Of a stretch of 64,000 nt of DNA, positions 41,031 to 49,031 are shown in pieces. The notes beneath the pieces are model-generated. The model saw only the letters and a list, made by a program, of their open reading frames with translations. It did not search any database and had not been told where the DNA came from. A program made the translations under genes and the position numbers. Origin of the DNA: Enterobacteria phage vB_EcoM_IME341; the sequence record MH051917; one strand, given 5' to 3'. The stretch's first letter is position 1, and each line of letters begins with the position of its first letter.

Positions 41031-41354
41031 ATGGAACTTCCTATTAAAGCGGTCGGAGAATATGTTATTCTCGTTTCCGAACCAAAACAAGCTGGTGATG
41101 AAGAAACTACTGCATCTGGTATCGTTATTGGTAAACTTCACCAAGGTGAAATCCCTGAACTTTGTGAAATTTATTCTGTAGGACCTGATGTCCCTGAAGG
41201 TTTTTGTGAAGTAGGCGATTTGACTCCACTTCCTGTTGGTAAGATTGCTAACGTGCCTCATCCGTTGGTTGCATTGGGTATTAAGCAGCCTAAAGAAATT
41301 AAACAGAAATTCGTTACCTGCCACTATAAAGCAATTCCTTGCTTGTATAAATAA
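41031..41354 (+). CDS. 31: gp31 co-chaperonin (GroES analogue)
   Basis: 107 aa; [21 protein letters not shown] and C-terminal [23 protein letters not shown] match recalled T4 gp31. Confidence 0.9.
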   Translation: MELPIKAVGEYVILVSEPKQAGDEETTASGIVIGKLHQGEIPELCEIYSVGPDVPEGFCEVGDLTPLPVGKIANVPHPLVALGIKQPKEIKQKFVTCHYKAIPCLYK

Positions 41355-41492
41355 AATTACGAAGAGGTTGATGTCATACAGAACTTCGGTTGGTGTATGG
41401 GGTTAGCCTCTTCCATACGGCGAGATACAACTCAGCTGGAAATACTGAGACGAACGTGCTCGCCAATCTTTATCTCGAATTGAGAAGCTAAA

Positions 41493-41741
41493 ATGAACAA
41501 ACAACTGAATCACGCTCTTGAACTGCAACGCAACGCTTGGAACAACGGTCACGAAAACTACGGCGCATCTATTGATGTTGAAGCCGAAGCACTGGAAATC
41601 CTGCGTTATTTCAAACATCTGAATCCGGCTCAGGCTGCTTTGGCTGCTGAACTGGAAGCTAAAGATGAACTGAAATTTGCTAAGCCTTTGGCTTCAGCAG
41701 CTCGTAAAGCAGTACGTCATTTTATTATTACCCTGAAGTAA
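41493..41741 (+). CDS. rIII: rIII lysis inhibition accessory protein
   Basis: 82 aa (same as T4 rIII) immediately downstream of gene 31. Confidence 0.6.
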   Translation: MNKQLNHALELQRNAWNNGHENYGASIDVEAEALEILRYFKHLNPAQAALAAELEAKDELKFAKPLASAARKAVRHFIITLK

Positions 41742-41751
41742 AATCGAGGAG

Positions 41752-41821
41752 CCGTCGAATTGTCTGATTATCGATTTACGAATCGGTATGTTTTAGAAGT
41801 ACCGCCCCGACAATTTTACGG
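41752..41821 (+). other. long-range imperfect stem-loop immediately 3' of rIII
   Basis: ccgtcgaattgtc (41752-41764) pairs with gacaattttacgg (41809-41821), about 12 of 13 positions paired including one GU; encloses an inner cgatt/aatcg hairpin. Confidence 0.35.
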
Positions 41822-41849
41822 TGTACCTCTTGAATGTATTTTGTACTAT
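41821..41849 (+). promoter_or_regulatory. T4-type early promoter driving a ~155-nt leader
   Basis: GTGTAC 41821-41826, TACTAT 41844-41849, spacer 17. Confidence 0.45.
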
Positions 41850-42004
41850 CACGCGTCAGAAAAAGGTTATCTGTCTAAGCCGTGGTTGGTATGATGACGA
41901 GGTTTATGGTTATCCTGTCGTTAAATATCCGAAACCTATGTTCCCCTTGAGGGCTTGCGCAGGCAACGCCAATAAGTCCTGCATTCTAATTTAAGAGATT
42001 TAAA

Positions 42005-42166
42005 ATGGCTAAGAAAGAAGTTAAAGTAGTTGACGGTACCTCTAAACGCGCTGGTTACAAGCGTGCGTCCAACAAGCGTATCGATCAGGTAGTTGATAAG
42101 CTTCAAGCTCGTGCTCGTGCGGTATTGCGTGCAGATGCTGCTTGCTTTGGTAAGCCTCAGGCATAA
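42005..42166 (+). CDS. small basic protein (53 aa)
   Basis: MAKKEVKVVDGTSKRAGYKRASNKRIDQVVDKLQARARAVLRADAACFGKPQA; lysine/arginine-rich; followed by strong terminator; below track cutoff. Confidence 0.35.
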   Translation: MAKKEVKVVDGTSKRAGYKRASNKRIDQVVDKLQARARAVLRADAACFGKPQA

Positions 42167-42171
42167 GTTAT

Positions 42172-42196
42172 GGGACTCTTCGGAGTCCCATTTTTG
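42172..42196 (+). terminator. rho-independent terminator
   Basis: gggactc-ttcg-gagtccc hairpin followed by T5. Confidence 0.75.
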
Positions 42197-42217
42197 TTTC
42201 TAAATCTTTAAAAAAGG

Positions 42218-42246
42218 GTGTACATCTCCGGTAGGCATGATACTAT
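42218..42246 (+). promoter_or_regulatory. T4-type early promoter (cassette copy 1)
   Basis: GTGTAC 42218-42223, TACTAT 42241-42246, spacer 17. Confidence 0.6.
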
Positions 42247-42292
42247 AGACCTGTACCAAATAATACGAAAACAAACTGGAGAATAAAATGAA
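42244..42292 (+). repeat. 49-nt direct repeat copy 1 (promoter -10 through start codon)
   Basis: tatagacctgtaccaaataatacgaaaacaaactggagaataaaatgaa identical to 42687-42735. Confidence 0.85.
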
Positions 42293-42656
42293 AATCAATC
42301 TTAACTCATATATCAAATGTAAAGACCACGACGGTTACAAAGCAATCGAAACTAAAGAAATGCAATGGCGCTTGTACAAAGAACAATTTGAATTTGTAGG
42401 TTGCATGACTCCGGAAGGTCCTTCTGATGACTTCTCTTGGAAAATTATGGTAACAAACTTTTTTACCGGTGATACCTACGAACTGAAAACTATCGTAATC
42501 GGTAAGATTCGTTGTAAGACCTATGAAGATGAAGAAACCGGTTATTCTGAAGATGTTACATGGTACCAAAACGGTCGCACCACTGCTGATGATTTGATTG
42601 AAAAAATGAAAGCCAAAGGTGAATTAAATTTAGATAATTGGATTAAAGTTGCATAA
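42288..42656 (+). CDS. hypothetical protein
   Basis: 122 aa; contains CMTP motif shared with the next ORF. Confidence 0.5.
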   Translation: MKINLNSYIKCKDHDGYKAIETKEMQWRLYKEQFEFVGCMTPEGPSDDFSWKIMVTNFFTGDTYELKTIVIGKIRCKTYEDEETGYSEDVTWYQNGRTTADDLIEKMKAKGELNLDNWIKVA

Positions 42657-42660
42657 AACA

Positions 42661-42700
42661 GTTTACTTTGGTACAGGTTGTGTTATTATAGACCTGTACC
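42661..42700 (+). promoter_or_regulatory. early promoter in perfect stem-loop (cassette copy 2)
   Basis: GTTTAC 42661-42666, TATTAT 42684-42689, spacer 17; 9-bp stem ggtacaggt (42670-42678) / acctgtacc (42692-42700). Confidence 0.65.
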
Positions 42701-42735
42701 AAATAATACGAAAACAAACTGGAGAATAAAATGAA
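42687..42735 (+). repeat. 49-nt direct repeat copy 2
   Basis: identical to 42244-42292. Confidence 0.85.
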
Positions 42736-43096
42736 CTACAACAACTTCGAACGTAAATATGTTTCTAACGGTATCCCAGGTTCTTCTGAAGTTATTTGCC
42801 TGTGGAAACACAACAACGGCACGGTGTGCGAAATCGAACAGTGCATGACTCCTAACTACGTTTATATGCGCTTTGAAAATGGTATTACGGTTTCAATCAC
42901 AATGGAAGGTTCTACTTTTAAAATCGCTTTAGATGACGATTTCCGTCAACGTGATTTAGGTACCCATCCTTGCTGGAACGGTGTTAATCGTAAGCTTCTG
43001 GTTAAAACCTGGATTCGTCACATCCTGAGCAACCGAGCTAAACCTGAACACCTAGAAGCAATCTTTGATGTAGTTCTGAACGAATTCGATATCTAA
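42731..43096 (+). CDS. hypothetical protein
   Basis: 121 aa; CMTP motif; possible distant paralog of previous ORF. Confidence 0.5.
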   Translation: MNYNNFERKYVSNGIPGSSEVICLWKHNNGTVCEIEQCMTPNYVYMRFENGITVSITMEGSTFKIALDDDFRQRDLGTHPCWNGVNRKLLVKTWIRHILSNRAKPEHLEAIFDVVLNEFDI

Positions 43097-43106
43097 TCTT
43101 AAAAAT

Positions 43107-43122
43107 GGAGGCTTCGGCCTCC
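43107..43122 (+). other. UUCG hairpin GGAGGC-TTCG-GCCTCC, identical to the one at 3411-3426
   Basis: same 16-nt sequence, again immediately 5' of SD tttgaggaaaat. Confidence 0.6.
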
Positions 43123-43137
43123 TTTGAGGAAAATATT

Positions 43138-43425
43138 ATGTTTATGACCACTTATTTTGATACTCGTAAAAATTTCTGTGAAGTTGTTTTCTCTAAAGCA
43201 GGTAAAGATGTTCCTGCCGACAAACAACCTACTCGTGAATCTATTAAGGCTTATGCCGATGTTGTATGCCCGGTAGAATTCCGTACTGTTAATGGTCGTG
43301 ATACCCTAGCAATCACTAAGCTCAACCGTGATATCAATATCGACCCAAGTGTCGCCCGTGAAGTCAATACCTCTGACATCTATGGCGGTAATGTTAAATC
43401 GCACGGCTTTCAGATGAGGTTCTAA
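43138..43425 (+). CDS. hypothetical protein
   Basis: ATG 43138 after the hairpin and SD; track start 43105 lies upstream of the hairpin. Confidence 0.4.
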   Translation: MFMTTYFDTRKNFCEVVFSKAGKDVPADKQPTRESIKAYADVVCPVEFRTVNGRDTLAITKLNRDINIDPSVAREVNTSDIYGGNVKSHGFQMRF

Positions 43426-43619
43426 TGCAATTATTCTTATCACAAACTGTTCAGCTAAAAGGAGTGGGTATTCCTGGAATGATTTCTAAGGTTTTGCCTG
43501 CTTTTAAATTCGGTGGTATTGTAATTAAAGAAGCCTATATGGTCCTATGGGTCGATGGAACTGAAGACGTTCGCATGGGCGGTGAACTGTCTGTAATCAA
43601 ATGTTTAAAGCGAGGATAA
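43425..43619 (+). CDS. hypothetical protein
   Basis: 64-aa ORF overlapping previous stop. Confidence 0.35.
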   Translation: MQLFLSQTVQLKGVGIPGMISKVLPAFKFGGIVIKEAYMVLWVDGTEDVRMGGELSVIKCLKRG

Positions 43620-43620
43620 T

Positions 43621-43836
43621 ATGTTTAAGAAATTGATTCAGAAATTATTAGGTACGGAAATGGTCGAAGTGACTTATCGTGTGACTGATGTTTCTCCTCA
43701 TACGGCAGACCATTTAGAACCTTATATCACGACAATTAAAATGCCGAAATATGACGGTGGGTTATCCATTGAAGACCGTCTGCCGGGTTACGGGCACTGG
43801 GCTGATGTCGAAATTATAAGTGTCAAAGATGTCTGA
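43621..43836 (+). CDS. hypothetical protein
   Basis: 71-aa ORF. Confidence 0.4.
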   Translation: MFKKLIQKLLGTEMVEVTYRVTDVSPHTADHLEPYITTIKMPKYDGGLSIEDRLPGYGHWADVEIISVKDV

Positions 43837-44287
43837 GTTAGAAATCAGAAGTAATTTCCCGTGGCCATCATGCGCATTAAGTAACTTTGCTAAATGGCCT
43901 TTCGTTATGGATGGTATCCAATTTGGTGGACTCGAAGGATTCCTCCAAGGATGTAAGGTGAAAAATCATGAACAGCAAAAACGTATATTCAGAATGTCAG
44001 GCCTGGACGCACAAAAAGCTGGACGAACTTATGCTAGAGCTCAGGACCGTGGGACGCTGTTCTGGCTTGGAACTCCCATTTCAAGATACTCTACAGCATG
44101 GAAAGAGTTGTACGAAAATGCTTATTTTGAAGCAGCGATCCAAAACCCAGGATTTCGCGATGCGTTACAATCCACAAAAGGTAGGGTTTTAAAGCATTCG
44201 ATGGCAAGCCACCTTACAGAATGTGATACAATACTAACTGAAAAAGAGTTTATCGACATCCTAAACAAATTGAGAGATTTATTATGA
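43829..44287 (+). CDS. NADAR-like (YbiA-family) protein, putative ADP-ribose / N-glycoside hydrolase
   Basis: SNFAKWPF..DG..F...EGFLQGCK resembles the YbiA/NADAR signature (FSNFA.WP..DG.....EH.FQA.K); assignment from recalled motif only. Confidence 0.45.
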   Translation: MSELEIRSNFPWPSCALSNFAKWPFVMDGIQFGGLEGFLQGCKVKNHEQQKRIFRMSGLDAQKAGRTYARAQDRGTLFWLGTPISRYSTAWKELYENAYFEAAIQNPGFRDALQSTKGRVLKHSMASHLTECDTILTEKEFIDILNKLRDLL

Positions 44288-44922
44288 AACCAGTTATCTT
44301 AACAGATATCGATGGAGTATGTTTAAGTTGGCAGTCTGGCTTGCCTTATTTCGCACAGAAATATAATTTGCCTTTAGAACATATTTTGAATATGATTCAG
44401 GACGAACGTTTCTTATCTCCTGGTGAGCTGTTTAATTGTGATAATGAATTAGGCGCTCGTTTAATCGAGAAATATAATCAGTCGGATTTTATTCGTTATC
44501 TGTCTCCTTACATGGACGCATTAAAACATATCAACAAGCTCAAAAAAGACTTCGATTTTGTAGCCGTGACTGCGCTAGGCGACTCAATTGATGCACTGCT
44601 GAATAGACAATTCAATTTGAATGCTTTGTTCCCTGGCGCATTCAAGGAGATTCTGATGTGTGGTCATTCAGAATCAAAAGAAGACCTCTTCATAAGAGCT
44701 AAAAATACGTACGGTAAACGTATTAAGTTTTATGTTGATGATTTGGCTCACCACTGTGATGCCGCATCTAATGTTCTCATGGATATCCAAGTTTATTGGT
44801 TAGCTCGTGGTGAACGTGATTTTAAACCTAATTTAGCCGTAAAGGTTAATTCATGGGACGATATCGCAGCAATCGAATCCCTTCGTAATAATGCCGCAGT
44901 TGAATGGATTGCTCGAGGTTAA
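44284..44922 (+). CDS. HAD-superfamily hydrolase (putative nucleotidase/phosphatase)
   Basis: motif I ILTDIDGV (DxDG) near N-terminus and later FYVDDLAHH (motif IV DD). Confidence 0.5.
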   Translation: MKPVILTDIDGVCLSWQSGLPYFAQKYNLPLEHILNMIQDERFLSPGELFNCDNELGARLIEKYNQSDFIRYLSPYMDALKHINKLKKDFDFVAVTALGDSIDALLNRQFNLNALFPGAFKEILMCGHSESKEDLFIRAKNTYGKRIKFYVDDLAHHCDAASNVLMDIQVYWLARGERDFKPNLAVKVNSWDDIAAIESLRNNAAVEWIARG

Positions 44923-44923
44923 T

Positions 44924-45202
44924 ATGTTTGTAGTTCATACAATTTCAGACTATGGTCCTACCACTACAATGGATTATGGTCATGTAAACCAGTTTATTCG
45001 TCATGTGAATCATGATTACTCATTTGATGTAAATCCGGCTAAAGACCATCCTGTTTGGCGCGAATGCGTCGAACAGGGATTCATTTATGTCCATTTTATG
45101 TCCAAGTTCAAATCTGATGGGCGAATGAGATTTGTGTTCTCTTATCATAAGCGATTAGACTTGCTTTTGGCTGATGTGGCTTATAATAGAATCCATGACT
45201 AA
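44924..45202 (+). CDS. hypothetical protein
   Basis: ATG 44924 right after HAD stop; 92 aa. Confidence 0.4.
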   Translation: MFVVHTISDYGPTTTMDYGHVNQFIRHVNHDYSFDVNPAKDHPVWRECVEQGFIYVHFMSKFKSDGRMRFVFSYHKRLDLLLADVAYNRIHD

Positions 45203-45212
45203 TGAGGTGATT

Positions 45213-46718
45213 ATGATTTTAGATATCTTAAACGAAATTGCTGCTATTGATTCTACTAAAGCTAAAGAAGCCATTATTGCTCGTGAAAAGGACAATGAGC
45301 TTCTGAAACGTGTTTATCGTATGGCTTATACCCGTCGTTTGAACTATGGTATTAAAAAGTGGCCAGAACCTGGATTTACGTCTCAATCCTTTGGTATGAT
45401 TACTCTTGAAGACCTTCTTGATTTCGCAGAGTTCACATTAGCCACTCGTAAGATTACGGGTAATGCGGCTATTGAAGAACTGGCTCAAATCATTGCTGAT
45501 GCTAAGGCCCCGGATGCCGAGGTATTACGTCGTGTAATGATGCGTGACCTTGAATGCGGTGCATCGATTTCTATTGCTAACAAGGTTTGGAAAGGTTTAA
45601 TCCCTGAACAACCTCAAATGTTAGCTAGTTCTTATGATGAAGATTTGATTAAGAAAAATATTAAATGGCCAGCATTTGCTCAATTAAAAGCTGACGGTGC
45701 TCGTTGTTTTGCCGAAGTTCGTAACGATGGTGTGACATTCCTTACTCGTGGTGGTAATGAATATCAAGGGCTTAATCTTTTGGCTGCTGAATTAATGGCC
45801 ATGACCGAAGAAGCTCGACAACGCCATCCTAATGGTGTTATGATTGACGGCGAATTAGTTTACCACACTCCTAAAGTAGAACCTAAAGCATCTAATGATT
45901 TGTTTAGTATGTTTGATGAGGAACTTCCTGAATTAAGTAAGGCTAAGGAATTCCAAACTGTCGCCGATCGTTCCACGTCAAACGGCTTGGCTAACAAGGC
46001 TCTTCAAGGGACTATTACTCCAGCCGAAGCCGATGGTATGGTATTACAGGCATGGGACTTTGTTCCACTGGATGAAGTTTATTCTGAAGGCAAAATTAAA
46101 GGCCAAAAATACGATGTTCGTTTAGCGGCATTAGTACAAATGGCTGAAGGCTTTACACGTGTCGAGCCTATCGAAACGCAATGGGTTAATAATCTTGAAG
46201 AAGCTAAAGTCGTTTATAAAAAATATGTCGACCAAGGTCTGGAAGGCATTATCCTTAAGAACATGGACTCCTACTGGGAAAACCGCCGTTCTAAGAATCT
46301 TATCAAGTTCAAAGAAGTAATCGATATCGCTTTAGAAGTGGTAGGTTATTATGAACACTCGAAGGACCCTAACAAACTAGGCGGTGTCGAGTTGGTATCA
46401 CGTTGTCGTCGAATTACAAGTGACTGTGGTTCAGGCTTTAAAGATACTACCCATAAGAAAGATAAATCAGGTAAAAAGGTATTGATTCCATTGGAAGACC
46501 GCCCTGATTTAGACCGTGAACTTCTTATGAAGCAAGCTCGTGAAGGTAAGTTGATTGGACGTATTGCTGACTGTGAATGTAATGGTTGGGTTCATTCTAA
46601 AGGACGTACAGATACTGTAGGTATTTTCCTTCCAATCATTAAAGGTTGGCGTTTCGATAAAACAGAAGCTGATACATTTGAAGATGTATTCGGTGATTGG
46701 TCTCAAACTGGACTATAA
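45213..46718 (+). CDS. 30: ATP-dependent DNA ligase
   Basis: MILDILNEIA start; KADGAR adenylation motif; long collinear identity with recalled T4 ligase; track start 45174 is upstream of the SD. Confidence 0.95.
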   Translation: MILDILNEIAAIDSTKAKEAIIAREKDNELLKRVYRMAYTRRLNYGIKKWPEPGFTSQSFGMITLEDLLDFAEFTLATRKITGNAAIEELAQIIADAKAPDAEVLRRVMMRDLECGASISIANKVWKGLIPEQPQMLASSYDEDLIKKNIKWPAFAQLKADGARCFAEVRNDGVTFLTRGGNEYQGLNLLAAELMAMTEEARQRHPNGVMIDGELVYHTPKVEPKASNDLFSMFDEELPELSKAKEFQTVADRSTSNGLANKALQGTITPAEADGMVLQAWDFVPLDEVYSEGKIKGQKYDVRLAALVQMAEGFTRVEPIETQWVNNLEEAKVVYKKYVDQGLEGIILKNMDSYWENRRSKNLIKFKEVIDIALEVVGYYEHSKDPNKLGGVELVSRCRRITSDCGSGFKDTTHKKDKSGKKVLIPLEDRPDLDRELLMKQAREGKLIGRIADCECNGWVHSKGRTDTVGIFLPIIKGWRFDKTEADTFEDVFGDWSQTGL

Positions 46719-46719
46719 T

Positions 46720-46893
46720 ATGAAAGCTTATTTAGAAACAATTGTAATATCACATACTACGGCTGCCCCAGCCGTTTCTCAAACCATTTTAGAATTCATA
46801 GATGAAGCCGCATATAATAAATTTATTGAGGTCTTTGATGGCTATGAAAAAGGCCCGACATTCGAAGTATACCGTACGTTGCTACCACTTTAA
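46720..46893 (+). CDS. small hypothetical protein (57 aa)
   Basis: ATG overlaps ligase stop; followed by terminator. Confidence 0.35.
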   Translation: MKAYLETIVISHTTAAPAVSQTILEFIDEAAYNKFIEVFDGYEKGPTFEVYRTLLPL

Positions 46894-46909
46894 GGCCTTC
46901 GGGCCTTTT
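46893..46909 (+). terminator. rho-independent terminator
   Basis: aggcc-ttcg-ggcct hairpin followed by TTT. Confidence 0.6.
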
Positions 46910-46913
46910 CTGG

Positions 46914-46921
46914 CATAAATA
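46914..46921 (+). promoter_or_regulatory. near-consensus late promoter CATAAATA upstream of alt
   Basis: cataaata about 22 nt upstream of alt ATG; one mismatch to TATAAATA. Confidence 0.35.
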
Positions 46922-46943
46922 AGGTTATTAAAGAGGAATTATT

Positions 46944-49028
46944 ATGACCGAACAATTAAATGAAGTGTTTGAGTCCGAAGGCACACTGCCTACAGTAAAC
47001 TTGAACCCTAAACTTAAAGTACCACAGATTTGGAAGATTGGAGACGTAGAGTCTCAATTAGTGGCGCGTATTGTGTCCTACGCTTCTGAAGGCGATGCCA
47101 TTAAACAAGTTAAATTGGGTGACAAATATGCCCACGTTATCCTTATGAGCCTTTCGGCTAAAGGTTCTCCTGCTGAACTTAAAGGCGGCTTAGGCCCTAC
47201 TCCTATTGATGCCATTAATACCATTTTCGACGTAGTATTCGAACAAGTTAAAAAGCTTCGTATGGATGCCGTGATGTTCCGTTTCCCTACCAAGAAAATG
47301 AAAGGACAAGGCCCTATTGTCCAGAGAATTATCCAACGTTTAGTAACTCAAAAAACCGGCGGGCGTTTCAAAGTAGTTCCAGCTATGTACCAATTTACGG
47401 GCAAGCATACTTATATCTTAGTAGTTCGTAAACAAGCTGATATCGAAGATATCAAAGGTATGCCAGGAATTAATGCCGAATTATATACTAAGGTAGATTC
47501 TGATGTCGGTGAAGTTTATATTTCTAAAAAAGAAGGCGTGCAGGTTACTAAAGAAACTGCTATTGCCGGCAGTATTGCTAAAGTTGAAGAACGTCGCACT
47601 GATAAAATGGTTATAACTAAGACTAAGATTTCTCGTCGTGCCATTGCAGCAAGTCAATCGTTAGAATCTTATCGTAATGAAAGTGAACTGTTTAAGAAAT
47701 ATGAAGCAAATGCTGTAGATTTTAATAAACCGGCGACAGCTCCATTAATCCCTGAGGCCCAGGAAATGGTCACTAATAACAATTCTCCTGCGGCTAAAAA
47801 TAAGGTTGCTAATATAGTAGCTGAAGGTACTGCCGAAGAGTTGCATTATGATTATAAAATGTTTCCTCTTCACGGTATAGGTGAAATCCAAGAGAAAATT
47901 AAAGAGAAAATCCTGTCAGCCATCAAAAACGAACCTTTGACATCTGTTAAAGCTCTAGAAAAATACGCCTCTGTTATTAATACCGTTTTCGAAGAATACA
48001 AAGGCGAATGGTTGGCCCAGCATAACAAAACTCGTAAAGGCCAACCTGACGACCTCTGGAATGAATTGACCGAGTCCAAGTGGAAAGCAGCCAAGACCAA
48101 ATTCATTAAAAAACGCGTATATAGTTTTGCTGGTGTAGGTGGCGGTATTATGGTCGATATTACTATTGCTCGTGAGGGCTCTAAATATACCCCATCACAA
48201 AAGCGCGGCATCAGAGAATATTGCGGTTCAGGATATACAGATATCAATAATCTTCTTTTAGGACGCTATAATCCTCATAACTATGATGTAATGAACGAAA
48301 AATCTATTGAATCTGCAGTTAATAATTTGGATTCTGCTTTTGAAAATGGTGACCGTATACCGGAAGGCATTACAGTTTATCGTGCACAGAGTATGACTGC
48401 TCCTATATACGAAGCACTAGTTAAAAATAAAGTGTTCTATTTTAGAAATTTTGTATCTACTTCTTTAACTCCTATCATTTTTGGACGATTTGGTGTTACA
48501 CACGCCGGTATCGGTCTTTTAGAACCGGAAGTTCGCGATGAATTGACGGTCGATAAAAATGAAGAAGGAATAACTATTAACCCTAATGAAATAAGAGCGT
48601 ATAAAGAAAATCCTGATTACGTTAAAGTTCAAATAGGATGGGCGATTGACGGTGCTCATAAAGTTAATGTGGTATATCCAGGAAGTCTCGGAATAGCAAC
48701 TGAAGCTGAAGTCATTTTACCTCGTGGGTTAATGGTCAAAGTTAATAAAATAACAGATGCTTCTAATAATGACGGAACAACATCTAATAATACAAAACTC
48801 ATCCAAGCCGAAGTTATGACGACAGATGAGCTTCAAGAATCTGTGGTGTATGATGGTGACGTACTAATGGAAACCGGCGAGTTGGTCGTATATCAAGATG
48901 ATTTCGATACTTCCGAAAGCCCTGTATCTTTTGATTCATTTGTTAAATCTACACGGTTTGATGTACTGCCTCTTTTGGCTTCATGCATAGACCTCTATGA
49001 CATCCCAGAAAAATTCATCCAAGGGTAA
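46944..49028 (+). CDS. alt: Alt ADP-ribosyltransferase (head-packaged, modifies host RNA polymerase), copy 1
   Basis: 694 aa; N-terminal and mid regions (ISRRAIA.SQSLES) match recalled T4 Alt; R-S-E motifs YRAQ, FVSTSLT, EAEVILPRG. Confidence 0.85.
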   Translation: MTEQLNEVFESEGTLPTVNLNPKLKVPQIWKIGDVESQLVARIVSYASEGDAIKQVKLGDKYAHVILMSLSAKGSPAELKGGLGPTPIDAINTIFDVVFEQVKKLRMDAVMFRFPTKKMKGQGPIVQRIIQRLVTQKTGGRFKVVPAMYQFTGKHTYILVVRKQADIEDIKGMPGINAELYTKVDSDVGEVYISKKEGVQVTKETAIAGSIAKVEERRTDKMVITKTKISRRAIAASQSLESYRNESELFKKYEANAVDFNKPATAPLIPEAQEMVTNNNSPAAKNKVANIVAEGTAEELHYDYKMFPLHGIGEIQEKIKEKILSAIKNEPLTSVKALEKYASVINTVFEEYKGEWLAQHNKTRKGQPDDLWNELTESKWKAAKTKFIKKRVYSFAGVGGGIMVDITIAREGSKYTPSQKRGIREYCGSGYTDINNLLLGRYNPHNYDVMNEKSIESAVNNLDSAFENGDRIPEGITVYRAQSMTAPIYEALVKNKVFYFRNFVSTSLTPIIFGRFGVTHAGIGLLEPEVRDELTVDKNEEGITINPNEIRAYKENPDYVKVQIGWAIDGAHKVNVVYPGSLGIATEAEVILPRGLMVKVNKITDASNNDGTTSNNTKLIQAEVMTTDELQESVVYDGDVLMETGELVVYQDDFDTSESPVSFDSFVKSTRFDVLPLLASCIDLYDIPEKFIQG

Positions 49029-49031
49029 ATA

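Noticed and set aside
41745-42004. Possible tRNA or small RNA gene in the rIII-downstream gap
   Set aside because: No T-loop (GTTCRANYC) or cloverleaf is evident; the region is better explained as a 3' stem-loop plus promoter and leader. It is kept as a low-confidence regulatory finding rather than an RNA gene.
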